Positions 21,700 through 34,575 of a DNA stretch of 64,000 bases are shown here, in pieces. Numbering within the stretch: position 1 is the first letter of the stretch; the number at the start of each line of letters is the position of its first letter. The DNA comes from Amphiscolops sp. MND2022 (Eukaryota). The notes beneath the pieces are model-generated. The model saw only the letters and a program-made list of their open reading frames with translations. It searched no databases and was not told the origin of the DNA. The position numbers and the translations under genes were made by a program. Location: contig OZ076414.1 in NCBI GenBank assembly GCA_964187785.1, positions 63,302,001 through 63,366,000 on the forward strand, read 5' to 3'.

Positions 21700-22190
21700 C
21701 AAGACGAGAACGTATAAAGTCGGCGCTATATCTAAGGCACAAAAAGCGCAAAATATTTTTTTGGAAAAAAAACTTGAAATTTTCGAACAATTTTCTCTTT
21801 CGGAAAATGTCGCACAGTGCCGAAAATAGTAAAAGGGGGACCCTTTTTGATTTATAAACATACTTTCTGTTGCAAAATAACAAAAAACTCAAAGGGGGGA
21901 CCCTTTGGGACATTAAAAAATTTTCGAAAAAAAGTCGAACAGTGCCGAAAAAAATCAAAAGGGGGGACCCTTTAGTCTCGGCCGGTTTTGTAGGTTACGA
22001 TAAAAATGGACTAACTGTAAGGGGGACCCTTTGCACTATCTTAAATGCGCTGCCAGTATTTTAGTAGTACTGTAATTAGTAGTTGAACGTTAATTTTAAC
22101 GTTCGTCGCTTCGAGTCTGTCTTTAAAAAACGAGTGACTGTAATAGTCGGGCTCTTTTATTAATAAAAGCGCCGACTAAGAAAACTACTT
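21700..22190. repeat. Non-autonomous interspersed repeat with subterminal inverted repeats AGTCGGCGCT/AGCGCCGACT and internal GGGGGACCCT units (MITE/HINE-like)
   Basis: IRs at 21718-21727 and 22168-22177; homologous copy at ~45020-45470. Confidence 0.55.
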
Positions 22191-22224
22191 TCTGGAACTG
22201 AAGATGTTTCGATCCGTACCCAAG

Positions 22225-24599
22225 TGTGGTAAGTTCGCAAAGCAAACGTAAAATGAAACTTTAATTTCACGTATAAATCATTATCAGCTCAGACTGAAAA
22301 GACAAATTTTACAACCATTAGTTTTAATGTTAGTTGATTAGGTCAATAATACATGTAGTCACCACACTCTCCCTGCCTTTGTTTTCTGAGTCGGCCACTT
22401 CTTCGTAGCGGCGGATATGACGTTTCTTCTAGAGACTGTTTGGCTGGGGATACGTTCAAACCAACTTCCGAAAGACTTTCTACGGTCTTGACCGGGCTCG
22501 GGGCTCTTTTACATTCGCTTTTTTACATTCGGGGAATTCGCTTGCTCTGGCGGAAGTTCCTTCGACGTATCGAGTGCGACTGTGCCCGGTTCTGTCGGTA
22601 TTTCCGTCGTATTCTGCTCCGAAGTATTGGTAGGGTCAGGTTCTGGTCCCTTCGATATGAATTTTGTGGCGACCGTGTCGATTCAATTTTTCTCTGGGTA
22701 CGAAACCACTGCGTGTTGTGGCGATAATAGGCGCACGATTCGTGCAAGCTGTACTATTGAATCATCTTTAGACTTCTTTGTAAAATTTTTTATGAATGCT
22801 GTCGAACCCTGAGACATCCATCCGGGTGTAGAACTGGAACAGGTTGGCGTTACGTCACTTTTGTCAAAATCTATATAGTTCTGGTCCAGCGATGAGCGTC
22901 TTGTGAATCCGAACAGGCGGTCGTGAGGACTCTCGAAACCGATTGCTCTCGACGACATACATCGAATATTGCACAAATCTTGCGGAATTTCTTCATCCCA
23001 GAGCTCAGCTGGTTTGTGAAGTTGCTTCAATCGAAGTTTCACTGTCTTCCAGATTATTCCGTTCAGCCTCTCGCATTGGCCGTTACCAGCTGGATTGTAC
23101 GGAGTGGTTCGCGTTTTGTATACGTTCCAACGATCCAGGAAGGATTTGAACTCCGAACTTTCGAACACACTTCCTCGATCGCTATGAATCGCCAATGGAG
23201 GACCGAAGTTCGAAAATAGTTGTGGTAAAGCCAAATACACACTTGTTGTATTGGCTTCTTTGACGGCAAATGCGAAGGGAAATCTGCTAAATTCGTCTAC
23301 ATCGTTAAAAACTACGTAAGTGTAAGTTGGTTTGAAAAACCTGGGTTTCAGCTCTAGACAGACAAAGCATTTCGAGATGTAGTCTTGGACCTTTTGCTTC
23401 AGATTAGGTACATCGAAACTTCGTTGGATAAACTCAACGGTTCTGGCTATTCCGGGTTAAGTTTATGCCACCTGCAATATACTTCTTGTTCTTTTCTTCG
23501 TGTATGGCGTCGTAGCCGGTTTCGTCCCATTGTGAGCAAAAAGCACTGACTCGACTCATCGCATCAGCCACTGCCTTCAGTTTACCTTTGCGGTACTGTA
23601 CGCCGTCCAATTGGTCGGCAACGTTAGGCTAGGTAACTCGAAGGTATCGTTTCAAATTGACTTAGCCAAAGGTTGTAGGCATCGATGTATTCTCCAGTAA
23701 ATAAGGGACAAGGCAAGGAAAATTTCGTTGCCATTGCAATAATTTAGCACAATATCCTGTTTAACTAAGAAACTCTGGGTAGTTCAGACCCTCTAGAATT
23801 ACTAGTTAAATCCAGCAGTGAGGTGATAAACCTGATCTTTGGGATTTTCAGCGAGCTTTCTTTGACTTGGATCGGCCCCGTTTGCCTCTCCTGCTACCTA
23901 GTTTACACTAGTCAGCTGAGTTGGTTCTTATGGTTAGAAAAAGAGCCCACTCCAACGCTACAAAACGATGTAGCTGTCGTATTTCTTGAGAGAATGCCTA
24001 CCTACGTCTCTGGGGAAGAACGTGTCTTTTAAGGTTGATTACTAATATGCCTGTTTGGCGAAGCTCGAACTCAATACTGGTCGTCCCAATTCTCTGGCAA
24101 TAGATCAGTGCAGCAATACGTTCTCGGTGTTGTACCAAAAGTTCGATCTATTGAAAAGTTGTCAATGGGCTGTTCCCGTTGGAGGGATGCGGGGTCACGC
24201 TGTTATTGAGGACATCGTGCCAGATTACAATCTTTGACAGCTTCTTGAGTTTTCAGGAAGAGTTCAAGTTTTTCAATTTCTTTCGTGAATTAGGGTTGAA
24301 CGATAATCCTCTGATAGCTGTGACGTAAGAGGCAACTTGCCGTTGGTAGCAAGGTTGACGCTTCTGGGCTTTTACCAGATTGTCAGATTGTGGAGTGACG
24401 AAGCTCCCATAACGCAAACCATGGAATCGGGATAGTAAAATAATTGAGCTGATAAATTTTGGTAACCTCGCAAAGCAAACGTAAAATGAAACTTCAATTC
24501 CACGTTTAAATCATTATCAGCTTAATCTAAAAAGACACATTTCACAACCTTAAATTTTAATGTTAGTTGAATCAGTCAATAATACACGTAATCACCACA
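22225..24599 (-). mobile_element. Element C: internally deleted, degenerate short-LTR Gypsy element
   Basis: 142-bp LTRs 22225-22366 and 24458-24599 (TGTGGT...ACCACA), TSD CCAAG at 22220-22224 and 24600-24604, PPT GGCAGGGAGAG. Integrase remnant IHSDRG...NGQCERLNG (22683-23240) and RNase H end YRKGKLKAVADAMSR (~23560-23600); no RT seen. Confidence 0.9.
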
Positions 24600-26067
24600 C
24601 CAAGAAAGGAAAGAACAAAGTCCGCTAGACCGCTATTGAAGCGAGATCCAAGTTCGGAAGACAAACAACTTGGCTATATATGATGGACCGAGAAAGAATA
24701 ACGAATGTCAACAGCAGTCAATAGAAATCGTAATACCTGTCATGCCGGATGGCATGATGGAGTTTAACGACGACGCATCCCAGTCGTCAAGGACTTTAGT
24801 TTCAGTTCAATACAAACTAACATTTCCTAATTTATAATAACGAAAAGAACGACCGGCCTATCCAATCATCAGCCTACCAAACACTTTACATGCAGTTCAA
24901 TTTATGTTAAATGATAAACAGAGCGTCGATTAGTACTTGTGATAATCATCAAAAATAACAACCATGAGTAGCATTAGTCATAAGTATATAGTGCGTCGAT
25001 TTGTACGTTTGGAGAAATCCTGATTAATAACCAAAAGATTCAGTCATCATCAACAATTGGTGCATCGATTTATATCAACAAGATTATGTAAAAGTTTTGT
25101 AGCCATAATCACCACCATAACCTTTGGTCGTAAATTAGTTAGTGCTAAAAAGTGGAAAGATCAATGATTTGAAGTATTGTGATAACACGTGCGAAAGTGT
25201 TGTGATGAAGATTAGCGGCGACCGAAGTAACCAGTCGTCTAACGCACCATAACGCACCACCAGAAATTAGACGCCCTCAATTATTCGTTACTAACGCACG
25301 ATTGAAATAACGAAGGTGCTATTGCAAAACAGAAATCAACCAGTAGACCAATTGTTTCCCTGATATTCGAATCCCTGCCTACTCTTATCACAAAATTCGT
25401 TCTTTGCCTCCACCTCTGTAAAACGAACAACCCTACCTTTGAAACTAAAACTCAATTCAACTTAAAAAACAAATCGCTTCTTTCAACAATAGTGAATATT
25501 AGATCTCAGATTAACAGAGAGAACCGAAATGAGAATTCGAAAGTAAATAGATTTGCTGATGACGATGATATTAGTGTTGCTGATCATTACTCAGGAAGGT
25601 ATTTCAATGAAAACGATGAAGAAGCAAAGAGATTTCTGAAGAGAGATACCATGAAAGATCCAGAGTAGAACAGAGGTTCTTAGCAATGAACAAACAAAAC
25701 AGAGAACAAACAAGTATAGTGAGAGCCCTTACTGAATTGGTAACGAACAGTAGGGAAGAGAACGACCAAAACGTCCACAGTTTCGGGACGTCACTGCGTT
25801 CTGACAATACACAATTGGCACAGATCATTTCGTAAATGGAACAACAGAACAACAACTTGATCCAGGCACCCATATTGTCTTGGCAATCAAAAATGTCATT
25901 CCACAAGCAACTTTTCACCATTCGCGAAACAGCCGTGTAAAAATTTTGTAGAACAACTGTGGCAGCGGCGAGGAAACGAAAATAAATCAGAGGAGAACGC
26001 CTATGGAGGAAAGCAGAGAAAGCGACCAAGGAAAGACCAAAGAGGCAGCATCAAATCTAAAAGAGAC

Positions 26068-28158
26068 TGTCAACAAGCAATAATCAAAACACAAACAATT
26101 GGGTTAATATTCAGATAATAATAACAGTTTAGTGCAGTACCCGAAACACATATATATGTAGAAACTTATATATTACTAAGGGCAGTGATTATATATTTTG
26201 CTTAGTCAAGCATCCGGAGCGTTGACTAGAATCAATTCAATCAGCGCGTTGACTGGTATGCTGGCTGAGCGGCAGAGGAGAAAATAGTCAAATTTCATTT
26301 TTCCCCTTATTGCCCAATCAGCGATTAGCGCTAATTTACAGCGCTAGCTGAGTAGTTGTCCCAGGCAGCTCTCAGGTCGACCAAAAGCTGGGACGCACGC
26401 TCAGTCGCTCGACTGAATTACCAACAATGATGCTATAGATGATTAGTATTTTGCGCTATTTTCACACAAATCTCTGCTCTGAAGAAGCTGAAAGAAGGAA
26501 GAATATGTATGGCAAGTGTGAAACAATCACCTATAACATGACACTGATGCTAATAAATAGATTCAATATTGTTAATTCTGAGTCAATCACCCAGGCAACT
26601 AGCTAGTCGAACGAACAAGTCTCAGTCTAACTCCCGGGTGCTATATTTTGAAACTTGAAAATTAATCACAATTAATAACAATTCAGTGCAGTATTTTACC
26701 GCTTTACATCGTTTAAAGGAAGCAGAAATGTGAAGAATAAGGCGAAAATAGGTTAAACACTTAATGCAATTGAGAATTAGATGTTATATGTGGATTACTC
26801 ATTTTTAGATTTGAGTCGTTACTCCAGTCATCAAACTAATATTTTTAGCCGAGCTATCAACTGGGACAAAGTACATAATAGTCCCAGAGATATACATAAC
26901 ATTTTTTGTATTAGCACAAAATTATCCTTTTTCTCCAAGCAGTAGCCAGTGTTTGTATGCAGTTGCATTAACCTTTGTTGAATGCTCTGTTCAATGTGAA
27001 GTTTGTTCATGTAATTTGAGTCAACGCGCTGGTCAAAAATTCAGTCAACTTAGATTGAAACGTCCTACCAAAAGAATGACTGGAAACTTAGTAGTTCGAT
27101 TTGTTTAAAATTGTTAGTTGATGGCAGCAATTAATTAGTATTTGCTGCGTCAGGAAATGTATTACCTTCATTTCTAACAATATTTTCAGTTGAACTGCCA
27201 TTTCTTCCGATGTAAAATTTGCTTATTTTCCTGCTTCAGTAGCTAGGTTTATGGACTTTTATTGCCAACATTTGTCTCGGCGTCATGAATTGGCAGGGAA
27301 TTAAGGAGAAGGAACGCGGAACTGAAGTTCAGCAGGAAGTTGATCCCACTTTTCCCAAAGTGGGAAGAGACCGAGAGCCGAATCCCAAGAAAGTTTTCCT
27401 AATTGGGGATTTCCCTGCTTCGGAGTGACGCCGGGCTGAGCAAGGTGTGAGTTCACGCGCGGGATTTATCCCGCGTGTCTAGCAAAAAGTATAAATACCT
27501 GACGCGGGTTAAGGAAAGTGCAGTTGAGTTTTAAACTTGATACTAACCGTTTGGGCTGATACTAATTGCGGCTACTTGTTTTCCTGAACTAATTTAAATT
27601 TGCCGTTGAGAGTTAACATAGGGCGTTGGATCACCTTGTAAACCTCGGATTGTTTCGGAATTATTTGTCATTCATTTCCGCTACACCGTGTTTATCTATT
27701 TTGCGGAACGATTTCCTGGGAAACTACTGGTGTGTCCTGGTTTGACTTTAGACTTAATGAATACATCAAATCTTGATAGTCTCAGAATTTTCTTCCCCTA
27801 ACGCGTGGAAGATCTCAAAAGAGGAAGTTGAGGACAGACCCACCAGTGGATCAAGACTTGTTAGAGAATTCAAGTTTGCCAACAGATGAAAATAACTGCA
27901 TTTCGGAGCAGACGTTGGAAGAAATTTTGAGCAAAGTAGAGAAAAAAGTTTCTAAACGTCTGAAAGACACTAAGCATTGCCTAAGAGAGATTCTTAAATT
28001 GATTTAGAATTTGTCTGCAAAGGTGGATAGTTTAACTAATTCGTCATCACTAGAACCGGGCTGTTCTAGCTCGAGGGCTGAACCTCATGAGAACTTGCAA
28101 AATGTTTTAGCTTCAGATTATACTGATAATTCCGAACCAAGAAACGTTAGTTCTAACA
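26068..28158 (+). mobile_element. Element D: orphan LTR of a B-related family, with decayed gag N-terminus inside the LTR
   Basis: 27830-28158 translates to EILSKVEKKVSKRLKDTKHCLREILKLI*NLSAKVDSL, homologous to B gag N-terminus. TATA AAAAGTATAAATA at ~27486-27498 in B-like context. Ends in ...CTAACA with no PBS after it. Start TGTCAAC after AAAAGAGAC is inferred. Confidence 0.7.
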
Positions 28159-29295
28159 AAAACAGTAGGTTTGAAAATTTCGGAGAAGTTTAAAGTTTTC
28201 CGCACATGAAACTAGTTATCACTTGAGGGTTAGAAATTGATAATTATCTCTTGAGGATTAGTTGTTCCCATGTCATAAGACGAGAGAACAAAGCATACCA
28301 GAGTGTGACAGGGTTATCAAACTATATTTAACAAACAAAACACCACTGGAAAGTTAGTCGATAACATTAACACTAGATTAGTAACCTGATTAGTAGACCC
28401 ATCTCAAGTAAGTACTGAGGTGAATATGTGGGATCGAGGTATTGAAGAAAACACTCAGCGTAGAAACTAGAGTCGGACTTAGAGAACAACTTTGAAGCCG
28501 AAACGGGAAAAAAGTGAATTAAAGCATGTCGACAAGCAGGAGACATCTCAAAAAAGGACTTTCGTGTCTGGTTTAAATCCGTCAGTAGGAGATCACACAA
28601 CAGAAATTTGAACCGATAACCTAATATCCGAGACTCTTGACTCTCTCCATACCTCGGTAAAGAGAGAACCGAGCCAAACTGCTAATAGATGAACCAAAAA
28701 AAACGGAACGAACAAAAGTTTCACTGTTCAAAGTTTTAATATTCTCGAATAAGCATTCATTTTTTTGGTCGAGCATTCAAAATGAGGCTTTTGTTACGTA
28801 ATCACATCTTCAACTAAGCACGTTTTAAACCTTCCAAGAAAGTCTAGCCATCTTTACCAGTCACTTTGTTCGCACTTCTGATGTGCGAAAGTTCTTCGAC
28901 ACTTGAATGTGTGAAAGCAATGTTGTCAAATTGAATGATTGACAAGCTAAATTTCATCGTTGGAAGTTGTTTTAAAATGTTTGTTGACAATTATTTGACA
29001 TTTTGAGAGCGTTCCGTTTTTTTTGGTTCGCCTAGTAGACAGCTCACTCAACAAGAGCCAAGTTCAGACAAACATCGTCAATGTGAATGATGAACCGAGA
29101 AAAAAACCTCATGGCAACAAGAACCGAACTCTACCTCCGCAAGCAAAAGTCCTAGACTTCGCAATTTTGAAGCGACACAAAAGAATCATACTCAATTTGA
29201 AACCGTAACAACAGAGCAATAACTTGATCCAGTAAACTAGATTATAATAGCAGTCGGAAAAAAAACAAACAACTTTACAAGCGTCATTTTACTGT

Positions 29296-31622
29296 TGTAA
29301 TGGAAATCTTTGAATAATTTGCCACGTGCCATTATTAATCATTGTCAATATTGAATAAAGTGATTCATCAACGTCAAGAGTTTCGACCCCCATTTAAAGT
29401 AAGATCATTCCAATTTTCTTCTACATTTTTGGTGACCCCTCCGACAATTTTGAATGAACATGCCCCCAAAAAAGTCAATCGCCACAATAAAGGCAAAACT
29501 TCACATTGCAAAAACTAAAATGGAGTCAGCGTTGAACAGTTTTTCAAAATAATTAGAGTCAGAAAAGCCAAACATTATTGCAATTAACCATTACAAAAAC
29601 ACAGTACAACTAAGACTTGAAGACTTAGAAGAGAAAACTTATGAAGCAATTGACGAAACCCCAGCAGAAGAACAAATCGAACTGATCGACCAGCTCTCGC
29701 AATTTCATCTACAAGTCGATGAGCTTGCGCAGAAAAGTATGCACCTCAGCGAAACACAGGCGAACATAACGCCAGCGCCCACTTTTCAAACCATGACAGC
29801 TAATCAACAACTCGACGTCGCTAACAATCAAACAGAACGTGCAGCCAATATCAGTTTCGACGCAACCAACGATGAAGAAGATCACAGACGACAACAGACC
29901 CAACCGGACAACAGCAACTCAACCCCACAGACTGTCAACAATCGTCAAGCAAATGCAGCAGACAACCAAGAGGATCGATAAGGGTCACTGCCAACAGCAT
30001 CCGCAGTCCATGCAGCTACGAATGCCACCGCAGACCACTATGGAATACCATATGACCTGACATTTGGACCCTACTTGAACACACTGCCAAAGATGAACAT
30101 TAAACCCTACACTGGGGACCCTCTACAGTGGTCTGATTGGCGAAGTCGCTTCGACTTCATGATCGGCAACACGCCACTCAGCAACAGCCAGAAGATCGCG
30201 TATCTACAAGGATTAGTTACAGGAAAAGCAAAAGACGCCATTCTTCATTTCCACTGCAACGGACAATTCTACAATGAGGCCCTGCAGGAACTCGAAAGAA
30301 AATTTGGAAAAGCAACGACAATTGTCAATGCGTACATACAACAACTCCTGGACCACCAACCACCAATCAAAGGTAACCCTGAATCATACATCAACTACAC
30401 AACATTCATCAAAGGAATGATCCGCAATCTGCAGCACTTAGAACACACAGCTGACCTGGAATCAACAACAAACTTGCGACATGCCATCAAGAAATTACCC
30501 ACCTCAGATCTTATACGATGACAACAATACATCGTCAACCGCCGCATCGACCGACCAAATCTGATTACCTTCTGCGATTGGTTGAAACCGATAGCAGAAG
30601 CGTACGAGCTACCAGAAGACAATGATAACCAACAACTACATACACTACAGACATTCACAACACAGACCATCAACAGCAAAGGATCAACAAGTCAATCAAC
30701 AAGCTGCCCTCTAGGAGATGGACGACACCAAATTTTCAAATGCCCAATTTTCTTCTACATTTTTGACCTGACAACTGACTCATGCTTACTAGCGATCAGA
30801 CGATTCACAAGCCGACGAGGAAAACCAACAAGTATAACATCTGACAACGCGAGTACATTCCACGCAGCAGCCAAATCCTTGGACCTGGGAAAGATAGAAG
30901 AAAAACTAGGATCCCAACAAATTGATTGGAAATTCATACCCCCTGGAACGCCACATGAAGGAGGAGCTTCGGAACGTCTAATCAGGATGGCAAAAAGAAT
31001 CCTCTACTCAATGTCTGGAACCCAAAGTTGGACCCAACAGACATTCAATACCTTCTTTTGCCAAGTGGAAGGAATTATGAATAGCAGACCTCTGACAAAA
31101 GCTTCAGCAGATAGCAATGCCCCACACCCAACCATTTCATCATCCCACGACGCAGCAACTTCCCAACGACAACATTAGAGGCGAACAAACACACCGATAG
31201 ACTAATTCAACTAAATAGACAGTGCGAGTCAAATGCCAATCAATTCTGGACAAGGCTCATGAAAGAGTACTTGCCGACACTCAGGCCCCAACCAAAGTGG
31301 CATACGACCAAAGATCCCATAATGAAAGGTCAAGTGGTGTGGATTCTTGAAAACAACTCGCCCAGAAGACTAGGGCCTTTGGGTCTTGTGACAGAAGTTT
31401 ATCCAGGGTCGGACAACATTGTTCGAAAATGTAAACTCAAAACGAAAACTGGCGAAACTGTCAAGAGTGCCCACCAGTTATGTCCCCTGGAGTGTAATGG
31501 AAATCTTTGAATAATTTGCCACGTGCCATTATTAATCATTGTCAATATTGAATAAAGTGATTCATCAACGTCAAGAGTTTTGACCCCCATTTAAAGTAAG
31601 ATCATTCCAATTTTCTTCTACA
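29296..31622 (+). mobile_element. Element E: non-autonomous Bel/Pao element (gag + integrase only; PR-RT-RH deleted)
   Basis: 130-bp LTRs 29296-29425 and 31493-31622 (1 mismatch), TSD ACTGT, PBS TGGTGACCCC after the 5' LTR. Pao gag motif YTGDPLQWSDWRSRF; IN motifs RRFTSRRG/ITSDNA/WKFIPPGTPHEGG; C-terminal WTRLMKEYLP...PLGLVTEVYPGSD. Confidence 0.92.
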
Positions 31623-34484
31623 ACTGTTCACAAAAACAGTTTAACCAATTGTAGTGAGAGTTTCAACAAACCCATTGAGGATTCCAACAATGCTAAAAAA
31701 CTTCTCAATACAAAAACAAACCCAACTAACAACCTTTTTCAAAAATCCGAATGGAAAATGTCACGCCCGCCCTCACAATCGAAACTTACAAAAAATCACT
31801 TGGAAACCAACAAATAACAGGCAGCATCATACAGAATTATTACATGACAAAGTCAAACAGTCAACTTCAAATTCCGGCACATCAATTACAACCACTTTTA
31901 CACCTCACGAAGTAACCACTACAGATACAATACGGAGTTTATAGAAAGAACGTTTATTTTCTTGATTCTACAGGGTAGGCGCCGAGTAGGCTGTTCTGCG
32001 TTTCTAAGTCGGCGTCCTTTCGAATACTATCGCCCCATAGCAATCTATGGTACCATATTTGCAACCAAGTGGTCAAGCAATGGTGGACTTGAAGCTGTGG
32101 TTTCAAAGTGACTTGCTCAAGGTCACAAAGGCCTGACTGCTCACCGTTGCTCTTTTTGTTTTTGCTTTTCTCCGCCAAATGCGTTATTTTTATACGATGT
32201 TTGTCAAGAAGCTCCTGAGTATGTTACAACTGTGGAAGACCAAACCAACCGTTATTGAAGAACCATGTTGATGACACTTGAGCAGAGCACATATTTCGTA
32301 TCTACGAACCTTCAACAGATCTTGCTCTTAAATGATTTTTAAAATGTTCCTGTGAACTTCAAACAATTTACACACACAATGAATCACTTAGGTGCACTCA
32401 CGAGCGCAATTTTAGAACAAGACTTCAGTGAAATGAAATTCCCCGCTCGTGAAGAACTCGGCTAACGATCACTTTCAGAATTTTGAAACATGCTCATTTC
32501 CAATTATTTTTGCAACAGAACTTGCAACATAACATCTAGGATTTGAATTAACCGACTTTATTGCCAAAAACCATTCCCAGATACAAATTGGGCATGTGCT
32601 CGCGAGTTTTGTAAATTGTTGAAAGATGTCGTGGGTTAGAACTTTAAAACCGTTCAACAACAATTAAATTTGTTGTCTAAGAGACGTTTTGAAAGATAAA
32701 TGCAAATGTTCATTAGAAATGTCCTTCAATTTGACCGCTAAAAATCCAAATTTTTCTAGTTTATGTCGAGTTTTCATGCAATTTCTGCACAATTGTTGAA
32801 AACTTGTCGGTTACAATGGTCCAAAGCATACAAAGATGAACCAACTAGCAAAGCAGTGAAATTTAACGAAACGAAAGTTGATTTTTCTCCAGCAAAAACA
32901 CTTCAGAATGACCCCAAACGCCATAAGACTACTAACCAATCTATGATAGGTCTTTTAGAGGAAAACTCCGTGGTATTCCAGGTACGACTCAAAAAAAACC
33001 CTGGGAATAACTCCAAAATAATCAAACATTCCAAAAGACCGATACTATTGAAAGTTTTACAGCAATTTGTTGGTAATTTTGAAAAGATTGTGTGGATTAG
33101 AACTTTAAAACAGTTAAATTACTCTTGATTTTGTTGTCCAGTTAGCTGTTCCTAAAAAGCAAGCTATCAACAGACAAAGAAATCATATGGACCCCTAAAA
33201 AGTCGAAAAATTTAAAAGTTCCCCATATTGTGGTTTTTCATGCAGTTTCTTAATTTTTCTTTTTTCATATAAGTATTTAGGAGTAACAAAATTCAAAACA
33301 ATCAAACATGATCCATCTAGATATGCATTATGCTTTTTGAACGTGAAGTTTGCTTCAAATGATCCTAATGAGTCAGAAAAGGATTCTTTAAGGCATATTT
33401 GCTAAAATTTGGAAAAGATTCTTTGTTAAAGGAAAACATCCAACAGCAAACAATCGCGTAGTCGAGTAGGCTTTTTGAAAGTCAATTGCAGTTTGAGTTT
33501 GAAAATGCCTCGAAAAGACCCCAAAGCAGTCGCAGAAAACAATGTTTTTGTTAATTCAGTAATTTTTTGGAAAAAAAATGAGAATTTTATTTCCGATGAA
33601 TTTCAAGAAACTGTAAAAGGTAGAATCAGGTTTGCTGTACGTTTTCAGAGAAGACAATTGCTTTTTTGGATGTAGAAAATGTACTTTTTTAATTTTTTTT
33701 ATTCTTTCGAAGAATTTCGGGAACTTGATTGGTATAGGAATTCAACAACGACTGCACCTGGTATGTAGTAGGCCAACAGTTTCGTGAAAAAGTACCTCAA
33801 GATGATGACGTTCTCGAAAAACTAACTTTTGCCAATTTTTGACTTTCAATGAAAATTTTTCTTTGCGAAGTTGTAATAATTTCTTAGCTTAGAAGGGTTA
33901 AATAACTGTTTTTATACATTACTGTTTTCCACCAAAAAACCTCGAAATGACGCAAATATTTTGCAATTATTTTGTTCTCGATCTTAAAAATCTGGAGAAA
34001 GTTTGAAAACAAACGAAGAATGCCATGATAAAACTGTTCAACGGCGCTAATGTATAGACCCTGTACGCTCATTAGGCTGTACGCTGTCTCTGTTTGGAAA
34101 TAGTCTAAGATGTCAAGAACTACAAAATATTTAAATTTTATATTGCATTTTTTGAAGACTTTAAATACATTTCCTCAATTGAAAGAATCAAATTGTTCGA
34201 AGACAATTGAACTAAATATACAATAGGCTTTGTTGAAGAGATAACTGCAACTGCAGTTTTTTGAAATAGGATACAAACTTAGCCTTGAAACACCAATAGA
34301 TTAGTCAAATAAGTTGAAACAGTAGACATCTCCAAACACTGTCCCGGAGAAAATGTTGGATACAGTATCAGGGAATCAAAGAACCAGAAATAATGAAAAT
34401 CAGTGCAAAATAATGGAAACCACGCAATCAAAAAAGGACTATGAATCGAGTTTTGTTGTGAAAAACTGTTTTCCCATGAACCTT

Positions 34485-34575
34485 GACAGAAAGAGAGGGA
34501 CAAAGAGGAGATAGAGAGGGGGAGAAAGAAAGAATGAGAGAGAGAGAGACAGAGAGAGATAGAGAGAGAGAGGAA
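34485..34575. repeat. GA-rich microsatellite-like tract
   Basis: Imperfect (GA)n run. Confidence 0.8.

Noticed and set aside
21598-22064. ORFs in the GGGGGACCCT repeat (also 45045-45510)
   Set aside because: Translations of a non-coding interspersed repeat.
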